In this document: positions 13,031-25,100 of the stretch, piece by piece
Layout of the letters: each line of letters starts with the position of its first letter
How positions within the stretch are numbered: the stretch's first letter is position 1
Origin: Eledone cirrhosa
Taxonomy: Eukaryota
Length of the DNA stretch: 64,000 nucleotides
Assembly (NCBI GenBank): GCA_964016885.1
Contig: OZ024741.1
Location: 407,712,001 to 407,776,000 of the forward strand
Direction of reading: 5' to 3'
Translations under genes and position numbers: made by a program
Notes under the pieces: model-generated
What the model saw: the letters and a program-made list of their open reading frames with translations, nothing else
Database searches by the model: none
Told to the model about the DNA's origin: nothing

Positions 13031-16000
13031 GGTAGTGTTAGTACTGGTACTGGTGGTGTTGGTGATAGTGTTGGTATTGGTGGTGTTGGTGGTACTGTTG
13101 GTACTGGTGGTGTTGGTGGTAGTGTTGGTACTGGTGGTGTTGGTGGAAGTGTTGGTACTGGTGGTGTTGGTGGTAGTGTTGGTATTGGTGGTGTTGGTGG
13201 TAGTGTTGGTACTGGTGGTGTTGGTGGTAGTGTTGGTAATGGTGGTGTTGGTGGTAGTGTTGGTATTGGTGGTGTTGGTGTTAGTGATGGTATTAGTGGT
13301 GGTGGTGGTAGTGTTGCTACTGGTGGTCTTGGTGGTGGTGTTGGTACTGGTACTGGTGGTGTTGGTGGTAGTGTTGGTACTGGTGGTGTTGGTGGTACTG
13401 TTGGAACTGGTACTGGTGGTGGTAGTGTTGGTACTGGTGGTGTTGGTGGTAGTGTTGGTATTGGTGGTGTAGGTGGTAGTGTTGTTACTGGTGGTGTTGG
13501 TGGTAGTGTTGGTACTGGTGGTGTTGGTGGTGGTGTTGTTACTGGTACTGTTGGTGTTGGTGGTAGTGTTGGTACTGGTATTGGAGGTACTGGTGGTGTT
13601 GGTGGTAATGTTGGTACTGGTGGTGTTGGTGTTAGTGTTGGTACTGGTGGTGTTGGTGGTACTGTTGGTACTGGTGGTGTTGGTGGTAGTGTTGGTATTG
13701 GTGTGGTTTGTGGTAGTGTTGGTACTGGTGGTGTTGGTGGTAGTGTTGGTACTGGTAGTGTTGGTGGTAGTATCGGTAGTGTTACTGGTGGTAGTGTTTG
13801 TATTGGTGGTGTTGGTGGTCGTGTTGGTACTGGTGGTGTTGGTGGAAGTGTTGGTACTGGTGGTGTTGGTGGTAGTATTGGTATTGGTGGTGTTGGTTGT
13901 AGTGTTGGTGTTGGTGGTAGTGGTGGTATTGGTGGTGTTGGTGGTAGTGTTGGTGGTAGTGTTGGTACTGGTGGTGTTGGTGGAAGTGTTGGTACTGGTG
14001 GTGTTGGTGGTAGTGTTGGTATTGGTGGTGTTGGTGGTAGTGTTGGTACTGGTGGTGTTGGTGGTAGTGTTGGTAATGGTGGTGATGGTGGTAGTGTTGG
14101 TATTGGTGGTGTTGGTGGTAGTGTTGGTATTAGTGGTGTTGGTGGTAGTGTTGGTACTGGTGGTGTTGGTGGTGGTGTTGGTACTGGTACTGGTGGTGTT
14201 GGTGGTAGTGTTGGTACAGGTGGTGTTGGTGGTAGTGTTGGAACTGGTACTGGTGGTGGTAGTGTTGGTACTGGTGGTGTTGTTGGTAGTGTTGGTATTG
14301 ATGGTGTTGGTGGTAGTGTTGGTAATGGTCGTGTTGGTGGTAGTGTTGGTACTGGTGGTGTTTGTGGTAGTGTTGGTACTGGTGGTTTGGGGGTAATATT
14401 GGTACAGGTGGTGTTGGTGGTAGTGTTGATACTGGTGGTGTGTGTGGTAGTGTTGGTACAGGTGGTGTTGGTGGTAGTGTTGGTACTGGTGGTGTTGGTG
14501 ATAGTGTTGGTACAGGTGGTGTTGGTGGTAGTGTTGGTACTGGTGGTGTTGGTGGTAGTGTCGGTACTGGTGGTGGTGGTGGTAGTGTTGGTACTGGTGG
14601 TGTTGGTGGTAGTGTTGGTATTGGTACTGGTGGTGTTAGTGGTAGTGTTGGTACTGGAGGTGTTGGTGGTAGTGTTGGTACTGGAGGTGTTGTTGGTAGT
14701 GCTGGTACTGGTACTGGTGGTGTTGGTGGTAGTGTTGGTACTGGTACTGTTTGTGTTGGTGGTAGTGTTGGTACTGGTACTGGTGGTGTTGGTGGTAGTG
14801 TTGGTAGTGGTACTGGTGGTGTTGGTGGTAGTATCTGTACTGGTATTGGTGGTGTTGGTGGTAGTGTTGGTACTGGTGGTGTTGGTGGTAGTGTTGGTAC
14901 TGGTACTGGTGGTGTTGGTGGTAGTGTTGGTACTGGTGGTGTTGGTGGTAGTGTTGGTAATAGTGGTGTTGGTGGTAGTGTTGGTACTGGTGGTGTTGGT
15001 GGTAGTGTTGGTACTGGTGGTGTTGGTGATAGTGTTGGTATTGGTGGTGTTGGTGCTACTGTTGGTACTGGTGGTGTTGGTGGTAGTGTTGGCATTGGTG
15101 GTGTTGATGGTGGTGTTGCTACTGGTGGTGTTGGTGGTAATGTTGGTATTGGTGCTGTAGGTGGTAGTGTTGTTACTGGTGGTATTGGTGGTAGTGTTGG
15201 TGCTGGTGGTGTTGGTGGTAGTGTTGTTACCGGTGGTGTTGGTGTTGTTACTGGTACTGGTGGAGTTGGTGGTAGTGTTGGTACTGGTGGTGTTGGTGGT
15301 AGTGTTAGTACTGGTACTGGTGGTGTTGGTGATAGTGTTGGTATTGGTGGTGTTGGTGGTACTGTTGGTACTGGTGGTGTTGGTGGTAGTGTTGGTACTG
15401 GTGGTGTTGGTGGAAGTGTTGGTACTGGTGGTGTTGGTGGTAGTGTTGGTATTGGTGGTGTTGGTGGTAGTGTTGGTACTGGTGGTGTTGGTGGTAGTGT
15501 TGGTAATGGTGGTGTTGGTGGTAGTGTTGGTATTGGTGGTGTTGGTGGTAGTGTTGGTATTAGTGGTGTTGGTGGTAGTGTTGGTACTGGTGGTGTTGGT
15601 GGTGGTGTTGGTACTGGTACTGGTGGTGTTGGTGGTAGTGTTGGTACTGGTGGTGTTGGTGGTAGTGTTGGAACTGGTACTGGTGGTGGTAGTGTTGGTA
15701 CTGGTGGTGTTGGTGGTAGTGTTGGTATTGGTGGTGTAGGTGGTAGTGTTGTTACTGGTGGTGTTGGTGGTAGTGTTGGTACTGGTGGTGTTGGTGGTGG
15801 TGTTGTTACTGGTACTGTTGGTGTTGGTGGTAGTGTTGGTACTGGTATTGGAGGTACTGGTGGTGTTGGTGGTAATGTTGGTACTGGTGGTGTTGGTGTG
15901 AGTGTTGGTACTGGTGGTGTTGGTGGTACTGTTGGTACTGGTGGTGTTGGTGGTAGTGTTGGTATTGGTGTGGTTTGTGGTAGTGTTGGTACTGATGGTG

Positions 16001-16130
16001 TTGGTGGTAGTGTTGGTACTGGTAGTGTTGGTGGTAGTATCGGTAGTGTTACTGGTGGTAGTGTTTGTATTGGTGGTGTTGGTGGTCGTGTTGGTACTGG
16101 TGGTGTTGGTGGAAGTGTTGGTATTGGTGG
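11700..16130 (+). repeat. Tandem higher-order repeat, period 2267 bp
   Basis: Identical 321-aa minus ORFs at 11863..12828 and 14130..15095. ORF pairs 12173/14440 and 12894/15161. Frameshift marker at 12119/14386. Boundaries are approximate. Confidence 0.88.
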
Positions 16131-19100
16131 TGTTGGTTGTAGTGTTGGTGTTGGTGGTAGTGGTGGTATTGGTGGTGTTGGTGGTCGTGTTGGTACTGGT
16201 GGTGTTGGTGGTAGTATTGGTATTGGTGGTGTTGGTTGTAGTGTTGGTGTTGGTGGTAGTGGTGGTATTGGTGGTGTTGGTGGTAGTGTTGGTATAGGTG
16301 GTGTTGGTTGTAGAGTTGGTAATGTTACTGGTGGTGTTGGAGGTAGTGTTGTTATTGGTGGTGTTGGTGGTAGTGTTGGTACTGGTGGTGTTGGTGGTAA
16401 TGTTGGTATTGGTGGTGTTGGTTGTAGTGTTGGTACTGGTGGTGTTGGTGGTAGTGGTGGTATTGGTGGTGTTGGTGGTAGTGTTGGTATAGGTGGTGTT
16501 GGTGGTAGTGTTGGTACTGGTGGTGTTGGTGGTAGAGTTGGTAGTGTTACTGGTGGTGTTGGAGGTAGTGTTGTTATTGGTGGTGTTGGTGGTAGTGTTG
16601 GTACAGGTGCTGTTGGTGGTAGTGTTGGTATTGGTGGTGTTGGTGGTAGTGTTGGTACTGGTGGTGTTGGTGGTAGTGTTGGTACTGGTACTGGTGGTGT
16701 TGGTGGTAGTGTTGGTACTGGTGGTGTTGGTGGTAGTGTTGGTACTAGTGGTGTTGGTGGTAGTGTTGGTACTGGTGGTGTTGGTGGTAGTGTTAGTACT
16801 GGTACTGGTGGTGTTGGTGATAGTGTTGGTATTGGTGGTGTTGGTGGTACTGTTGTTACCGGTGGTGTTGGTGGTAGTGTTGGTACTGGTGGTGTTGGTG
16901 GAAGTGTTGGTACTGGTGGTGTTGGTGGTAGTGTTGGTATTGGTGGTGTTGGTGGTAGTGTTGGTACTGGTGGTGTTGGTGGTAGTATTGGTAATGGTGG
17001 TGATGGTGGTAGTGTTGGTATTGGTGGTGTTGGTGGTAGTGTTGGTATTAGTGGTGTTGGTGGTAGTAGTGGTACTGGTGGTGTTGGTGGTGGTGTTGGT
17101 ACTGGTACTGGTGGTGTTGGTGGTAGTGTTGGTACTGGTGGTGTTGGTGGTAGTGTTGGAACTGGTACTGGTGGTGGTAGTGTTGGTACAGGTGGTGTTT
17201 GTGGTAGTGTTGGTACTGGTGGTTAGGTGGTAATATTGGTACAGGTGGTGTTGGTGGTAGTGTTGATACTGGTGGTGTTGGTGGTAATGTTGGTATTGGT
17301 GGTGTAGGTGGTAGTGTTGTTACTGGTGGTGTTGGTGGTAGTGTTGGTGCTGGTGCTGTTGGTGGTAGTGTTGTTACTGTTGGTGTTGGTGGTGGTGTTG
17401 TTACTGGTACTGGTGGTGTTGGTGGTAGTGTTGGTACTGGTATTGGTGGTGTTGGTGGTAGTGTTGGTACTGCTGGTGTTGGTGGTAGTGTTGGTACTGG
17501 TGGTGTTGGTGGTAGTGTTGGTACTGGTGGTGTTGGTGGTAGTGTTAGTACTGGTACTGGTGCTGTTGGTGATAGCGTTGGTATTGGTGGTGTTGGTGGT
17601 ACTGTTGGTACTGGTGGTGTTGGTGGTAGTGTTGGTACTGGTGGTGTTGGTGGAAGTGTTGGTACTGGTGGTGTTGGTGGTAGTGTTGGTATAGGTGGTG
17701 TTGGTGGTAGTGTTGGTATTGGTGGTGTTGGTGGTAGTGTTGGTGCTGGTATTGGTGGTGTTGATGGTAGTGTTGGTACTGGTGGTGTTGGTGGTGGTGT
17801 TGGTACTGGTGGTGTTGGTGGTAGTGTTGGTATTGGTGGTGTATGTGGTAGTGTTGTTACTGGTGGTGTTGGTGGTAGTGTTGGTGCTGGTGGTGTTGGT
17901 GGTAGTGTTGGTACTGGTGGTGATGGTGGTAGTGTTGGTATTGGTGGTGTTGGTGGTAGTGTTGGTACTGGTGGTGTTGGTGGTAGTGTTGGTAATGGTG
18001 GTGTTGGTGGTAGTGTTGGTATTGGTGGTGTTGGTGGTAGTGTTGGTACTGGTGGTGTTGGTGGTAGCGTTGGTACTCGTTGTGTTGGTGGTACTGTTGG
18101 TACTGGTGGTGTTGGTGGTAGTGTTGGTATTGGTGTAGTTTGTGGTAGTGTTGGTACTGGTGGAGTTGGTGGTAGTGTTGGTACTGGTACTGGTGGTATT
18201 GTTGGTATTGGTGGTGTTGGTGGTAGTGTTGGTACTGGTGGTGTTGGTGGAAGTGTTGGTACTGGTGGTGTTGGTGGTAGTGTTGGTATTGGTGGTGTTG
18301 GTGGTAGTGTTGGTATTGGTGGTGTTGGTGGTAGTGTTGGTACTGGTGGTGTTGGTGGTAGTGGTGGTATTGGTGGTGTTGGTGGTAGTGTTGGTATAGG
18401 TGGTGTTGGTGGTAGTGTTGGTACTGGTGGTGTTGGTGGTAGAGTTGGTAATTTTACTGGTGGTGTTGGTGGTAGTGTTGGTATTGGTGGTGTTGGTGGT
18501 AGTGTTGGTACTGGTGGTGTTGGTGGTAGTGTTGGTACTGGTGGTGTTGGTGGTAATGTTGGTATTGGTGGTGTTGGTGGTAGTGTTGGTACAGGTGCTG
18601 TTGGTGGTAGTGTTGGTATTGGTGGTGTTGGTGGTAGTGTTGGTACTGGTGGTGTTGGTGGTAGTGTTGGTACTGGTACTGGTGGTGTTGGTGGTAGTGT
18701 TGGTACTGGTGGTGTTGGTGGTAGTGTTGGTACTGGTACAGGTGCTGTTGGTGGTAGTGTTGGTATTGGTGGTGTTGGTGGTAGTGTTGGTACTGGTGGT
18801 GTTGGTGCTAGTGGTGGTATTGGTGGTGTTGGTGGTAGTGTTGGTATAGGTGGTGTTGGTGGTAGTGTTGGTACTGGTGGTGTTGGTGGTAGTGTTGGTA
18901 CTGGTACTGGTGGTGTTGGTGGTAGTGTTGGTACTGGTGGTGTTGGTGGTAGTGTTGGTACTAGTGGTGTTGGTGGTAGTGTTGGTACTGGTGGTGTTGG
19001 TGGTAGTGTTGGTACTGGTGGTGTTTGTGGTAGTGTTGGCATTGGTGGTGTTGGTGGTGGTGTTGCTACTGGTGGTGTTGGTGGTAGTGTTGGTACTGGT

Positions 19101-19860
19101 GGTGTAGGTGGTAATGTTGGTATTGGTGGTGTAGGTGGTAGTGTTGTTACTGGTGGTATTGGTGGTAGTGTTGGTGCTGGTGGTGTTGGTGGTAGTGTTG
19201 TTACCGGTGGTGTTGGTGGTGGTGTTGTTACTGGTACTGGTGGAGTTGGTGGTAGTGTTGGTACTGGTGGTGTTGGTGGTAGTGTTGGTACTAGTGGTGT
19301 TGGTGGTAGTGTTGGTACTGGTGGTGTTGGTGGTAGTGTTGGTACTGGTGGTGTTGGTGGTAGTGTTGGCATTGGTGGTGTTGGTGGTAGTGTTGGTACT
19401 GGTGGTGGAGGTGGTAGTGTTGGTACTGGTGGTGTTGGTGGTAGTGTTGGCATTGGTGGTGTTGGTGGTAGTGTTGGTACAAGTGGTGTTGTTGGTAGTG
19501 TTGGTATTGGTGGTGCCGGCGGTAGTGTTGGTATTGGTGGTGTTTGTGGTAGTGTTGGTACTGGTGGTGTTGGTGGTACTGTTGGTACTGGTACTGGTGG
19601 TGTTGGTGGTACTGTTGGTACAATTGGTGTTGGTGGTAGTGTTGGTACTGGTGGTGTTGGTGGTAGTGTTGGTACAGGTGGTGTTGGTGGTAGTGTTGGT
19701 ATTGGTGGTGTTGGTGGTAGTGTTGGTACTGGTGGTGTTGGTGGTAGTGTTGGAACTGGTACTGGTGGTGCTGGTGGTAGTGTTGGTACTGGTGGTGTTG
19801 GTCGTAGTGTTGGTATTGGTGGTGTTGGTGGTAGTGTTGGTATTGGTGGTGTTGGTGGTA

Positions 19861-20040
19861 GTGTTGGTACTGGTGGTGTTGGTGGTAGTGTTGGAACTGG
19901 TACTGGTGGTGTTGGTGGTAGTGTTGGTACTGGTGGTGTTGGTGGTAGTGTTGGAACTGGTACTGGTGGTGTTGGTGGTAGTGTTGGTACTGGTGGTGTT
20001 GGTGGTAGTGTTGGAACTGGTACTGGTGGTGTTGGTGGTA
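19861..20040 (+). repeat. Three exact copies of a 60-bp (27+33) dimer
   Basis: The lines starting at 19861, 19921 and 19981 are identical, including the GGAACT variant. Confidence 0.95.
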
Positions 20041-22189
20041 GTGTTGGTATTGGTGGTGTTTGTGGTAGTGTTGGTACTGGTGGTGTCGGTGGTAGTGTTG
20101 GTACTGGTAGTGTTGGTGGTAGTATTGGTACTGTTACTGGTGGTGTTGGTTGTAGTGTTGGTATTGGTGGTGTTGGTGGTAGTGTTGGTACTGGTGGTGT
20201 TGGTGGAAGTGTTGGTACTGGTGGTGTTGGTGGTAGTGGTGGTATTGGTGGTGTTGGTGGTAGTGTTGGTATAGGTGGTGTTGGTGGTAGTGTTAGTACT
20301 GGTGGTGTTGGTGGTAGCGTTGGTACTGTTACTGGTGGTGTTGGTGGTAGTGTTGGTATTGGTGGTGTTGGTGTTAGTGTTGGTACTGGTGGTGTTGGTG
20401 GTAGTGTTTGTACAGGTGCTGTTGGTGGTAGTGTTGGTATTGGTGGTGTTGGTGGTAGTGTTGGTATTGGTGGTGTTGGTGTTAGTGTTGGTACTGGTGG
20501 TGTTGGTGGTAGTGTTTGTACAGGTGCTGTTGGTGGTAGTGTTGGTATTGGTGGTGTTGGTGGTAGTGTTGGTACTGGTGGTGTTGGTGGTAGTGTTGGC
20601 ATTGGTGGTGTTGGTGGTGGTGTTGCTACTGGTGTTGTTGGTGGTAGTGTTGGTACTGGTGGTGGTGGTGGTAGTGTTGGTATTGGTGGTGTAGGTGGTA
20701 ATGTTGGTATTGGTGGTGTAGGTGGTAGTGTTGTTACTGGTGGTATTGGTGGTAGTGTTGGTGCTGGTGGTGTTGGTGGTAGTGTTGTTACCGGTGGTGT
20801 TGGTGGTGGTGTTGTTACTGGTACTGGTGGAGTTGGTGGTAGTGTTGGTACTGGTACTGGTGGTGTTGGTGATAGTGTTGGTATTGGTGGTGTTGGTGGT
20901 ACTGTTGGTACTGGTGGTGTTGGTGGTAGTGTTGGTACTGGTGGTGTTGGTGGAAGTGTTGGTACTGGTGGTGTTGGTGGTAGTGTTGGTATTGGTGGTG
21001 TTGGTGGTAGTGTTGGTACTGGTGGTGTTGGTGGTAGTGTTGGTAATGGTGGTGATGGTGGTAGTGTTGGTATTGGTGGTGTTGGTGGTAGTGTTGATAT
21101 TAGTGGTGTTGGTGGTAGTGTTGGTACTGGTGGTGTTGGTGGTGGTGTTGGTACTGGTACTGGTGGTGTTGGTGGTAGTGTTGGTACTGGTGGTGTTGGT
21201 GGTAGTGTTGGAACTGGTGGTGGTGGTGGTAGTGTTGGTACTGGTGGTGTTGTTGGTAGTGTTGGTATTGATGGTGTTGGTGGTAGTGTTGGTAATGGTC
21301 GTGTTGTTGGTAGTGTTGGTACTGGTGGTGTTTGTGGTAGTGTTGGTACTGGTGGTTTGGTGGTAATATTGGTACAGGTGGTGTTGGTGGTAGTGTTGAT
21401 ACTGGTGGTGTGTGTGGTAGTGTTGGTACAGGTGGTGTTGGTGGTAGTGTTGGTACTGGTGGTGTTGGTGATAGTGTTGGTACAGGTGGTGTTGGTGGTA
21501 GTGTTGGTACTGGTGGTGTTGGTGGTAGTGTTGGTACTGGTGGTGGTGGTGTTAGTGTTGGTACTGGTGGTGTTGGTGGTAGTGTTGGTATTGGTACTGG
21601 TGGTGTTAGTGGTAGTGTTGGTAGTGGAGGTGTTGGTGGTAGTGTTGGTATTGGTACTGGTGGTGTTAGTGGTAGTGTTGGTACTGGAGGTGTTGGTGGT
21701 AGTGCTGGTACTGGTACTGGTGGTGTTGGTGGTAGTGTTTGTACTTGTACTTGTGGTGTTGGTGGTAGTGTTGGTACTGGTACTGTTTGTGTTGGTGGTA
21801 GTGTTGGTACTGGTACTGGTGGTGTTGGTGGTAGTGTTGGTAGTGGTACTGGTGGTGTTGGTGGTAGTATCTGTACTGGTATTGGTGGTGTTGGTGGTAG
21901 TGTTGGTACTGGTGGTGTTGGTGGTAGTGTTGGTACTGGTACTGGTGGTGTTGGTGGTAGTGTTGGTACTGGTGGTGTTGGTGGTAGTGTTGGTACTAGT
22001 GGTGTTGGTGGTAGTGTTGGTACTGGTGGTGTTGGTGGTAGTGTTGGTACTGGTGGTGTTGGTGATAGTGTTGGTATTGGTGGTGTTGGTGGTACTTTTG
22101 GTACTGGTGGTGTTGGTGGTAGTGTTGGCATTGGTGGTGTTGGTGGTGGTGTTGCTACTGGTGGTGTTGGTGGTAATGTTGGTATTGGT

Positions 22190-25100
22190 GGTGTAGGTGG
22201 TAGTGTTGTTACTGGTGGTATTGGTGGTAGTGTTGGTGCTGGTGGTGTTGGTGGTAGTGTTGTTACCGGTGGTGTTGGTGGTGGTGTTGTTACTGGTACT
22301 GGTGGAGTTGGTGGTAGTGTTGGTACTGGTGGTGTTGGTGGTAGTGTTAGTACTGGTACTGGTGGTGTTGGTGATAGTGTTGGTATTGGTGGTGTTGGTG
22401 GTACTGTTGGTACTGGTGGTGTTGGTGGTAGTGTTGGTACTGGTGGAAGTGTTGGTACTGGTGGTGTTGGTGGTAGTGTTGGTATTGGTGGTGTTGGTGG
22501 TAGTGTTGGTACTGGTGGTGTTGGTGGTAGTGTTGGTAATGGTGGTGTTGGTGGTAGTGTTGGTATTGGAGGTGTTGGTGGTAGTGTTGGTATTAGTGGT
22601 GTTGGTGGTAGTGTTGGTACTGGTGGTGTTGGTGGTGGTGTTGGTACTGGTACTGGTGGTGTTGGTGGTAGTGTTGGTACTGGTGGTGTTGGTGGTAGTG
22701 TTGGAACTGGTACTGGTGGTGGTAGTGTTGGTACTGGTGGTGTTGTTGGTAGTGTTGGTATTGGTGGTGTTGGTGGTAGTGTTGGTAATGGTCGTGTTGG
22801 TGGTAGTGTTGGTACTGGTGGTGTTTGTGGTAGTGTTGGTACTGGTGGTTTGGTGGTAATATTGGTACAGGTGGTGTTGGTGGTAGTGTTGATACTGGTG
22901 GTGTTGGTGGTAATGTTGGTATTGGTGGTGTAGGTGGTAGTGTTGTTACTGGTGGTGTTGGTGGTAGTGTTGGTGCTGGTGCTGTTGGTGGTAGTGTTGT
23001 TACTGTTGGTGTTGGTGGTGGTGTTGTTACTGGTACTGGTGGTGTTGGTGGTAGTGTTGGTACTGGTATTGGTGGTGTTGGTGGTAGTGTTGGTACTGCT
23101 GGTGTTGGTGGTGGTGTTGTTACTGGTACTGGTGGTGTTGGTGGTAGTGTTGGTACTGGTATTGGTGGTGTTGGTGGTAGTGTTGGTACTGCTGGTGTTG
23201 GTGGTAGTGTTGGTACTGGTGGTGTTGGTGGTAGTGTTAGTACTGGTACTGGTGCTGTTGGTGATAGTGTTGGTATTGGTGGTGTTGGTGGTACTGTTGG
23301 TACTGGTGGTGTTGGTGGTAGTGTTGGTACTGGTGGTGTTGGTGGAAGTGTTGGTACTGGTGGTGTTGGTGGTAGTGTTGGTATTGGTGGTGTTGGTGGT
23401 AGTGTTGGTACTGGTGGTGTTGGTGGTAGTGTTGGTGCTGGTATTGGTGGTGTTGATGGTAGTGTTAGTACTGGTGGTGTTGGTGGTGGTGTTGGTACTG
23501 GTGGTGTTGGTGGTAGTGTTGGTATTGGTGGTGTATGTGGTAGTGTTGTTACTGGTGGTGTTGGTGGTAGTGTTGGTGCTGGTGGTGTTGGTGGTAGTGT
23601 CGGTACTGGTGGTGTTGGTGGTGGTGTTGTTACTGGTACTGGTGGTGTTGGTGGCAGTGTTGGTACTGCTATTGGAGGTACTGGTGGTGTTGGTGGTAGT
23701 GTTGGTACTGGTGGTGTTGGTGGTAGTGTTGGTACTGGTGGTGTTGGTGGTACTGTTGGTACTGGTGGTGTTGGTGGTAGTGTTGGTATTGGTGTGGTTT
23801 GTGGTAGTGTTGGTACTGGTGGAGTTGGTGGTAGTGTTGGTACTGGTAGTGTTGGTGCTAGTATCGGTACTGTTACTGGTGGTAGTGTTGGTATTGGTGG
23901 TGTTGGTGGTAGTGTTGGTACTGGTGGTGTTGGTGGAAGTGTTGGTACTGGTGGTGTTGGTGGTAGTGTTGGTATAGGTGGTGTTGGTGGTAGTGTTGGT
24001 ATTGGTGGTGTTGGTGGTAGTGTTGGTACTGGTGGTGTTGGTGGTAGTGGTGGTATTGGTGGTGTTGGTGGTAGTGTTGGTATAGGTGGTGTTGGTGGTA
24101 ATGTTGGTACTGGTGGTGTTGGTGGTAGTGTTGGTACTGGTACTGGTGGTGTTGGTGGTAGTGTTGGTACTGGTGGTGTTGGTGGTAGTGTTGGTACTAG
24201 TGGTGTTGGTGGTAGTGTTGGTACTGGTGGTGTTGGTGGTAGTGTTGGTACTGGTGGTGTTTGTGGTAGTGTTGGTACTGGTGGTGTTGGTGGTAGTGTT
24301 GGCATTGGTGGTGTTGGTGGTGGTGTTGCTACTGGTGGTGTTGGTGGTAATGTTGGTATTGGTGGTGTAGGTGGTAATGTTGGTATTGGTGGTGTAGGTG
24401 GTAGTGTTGTTACTGGTGGTATTGGTGGTAGTGTTGGTGCTGGTGGTGTTGGTGGTAGTGTTGTTACCGGTGGTGTTGGTGGTGGTGTTGTTACTGGTAC
24501 TGGTGGAGTTGGTGGTAGTGTTGGTACTGGTGGTGTTGGTGGTAGTGTTGGTACTAGTGGTGTTGGTGGTAGTGTTGGTACTGGTGGTGTTGGTGGTAGT
24601 GTTCGTACTGGTACTGGTGGTGTTGGTGATAGTGTTGGTATTGGTGGTGTTGGCGGTACTGTTGGTACTGGTGGTGTTGGTGGTAGTGTTGGTACTGGTG
24701 GTGTTGGTGGAAGTGTTGGTACTGGTGGTGTTGGTGGTAGTGTTGGTATTGGTGGTGTTGGTGGTAGTGTTGGTACTGGTGGTGTTGGTGGTAGTGTTGG
24801 TAATGGTGGTGATGGTGGTAGTGTTGGTATTGGTGGTGTTGGTGGTAGTGTTGGTATTAGTGGTGTTGGTGGTAGTGTTGGTACTGGTGGTGTTGGTGGT
24901 GGTGTTGGTACTGGTACTGGTGGTGTTGCTGGTAGTGTTGGTACTGGTGGTGTTGGTGGTAGTGTTGGAACTGGTACTGGTGGTGGTAGTGTTGGTACTG
25001 GTGGTGTTTTTGGTAGTGTTGGTATTGATGGTGTTGGTGGTAGTGTTGGTAATGGTCGTGTTGGTGGTAGTGTTGGTACTGGTGGTGTTTGTGGTAGTGT

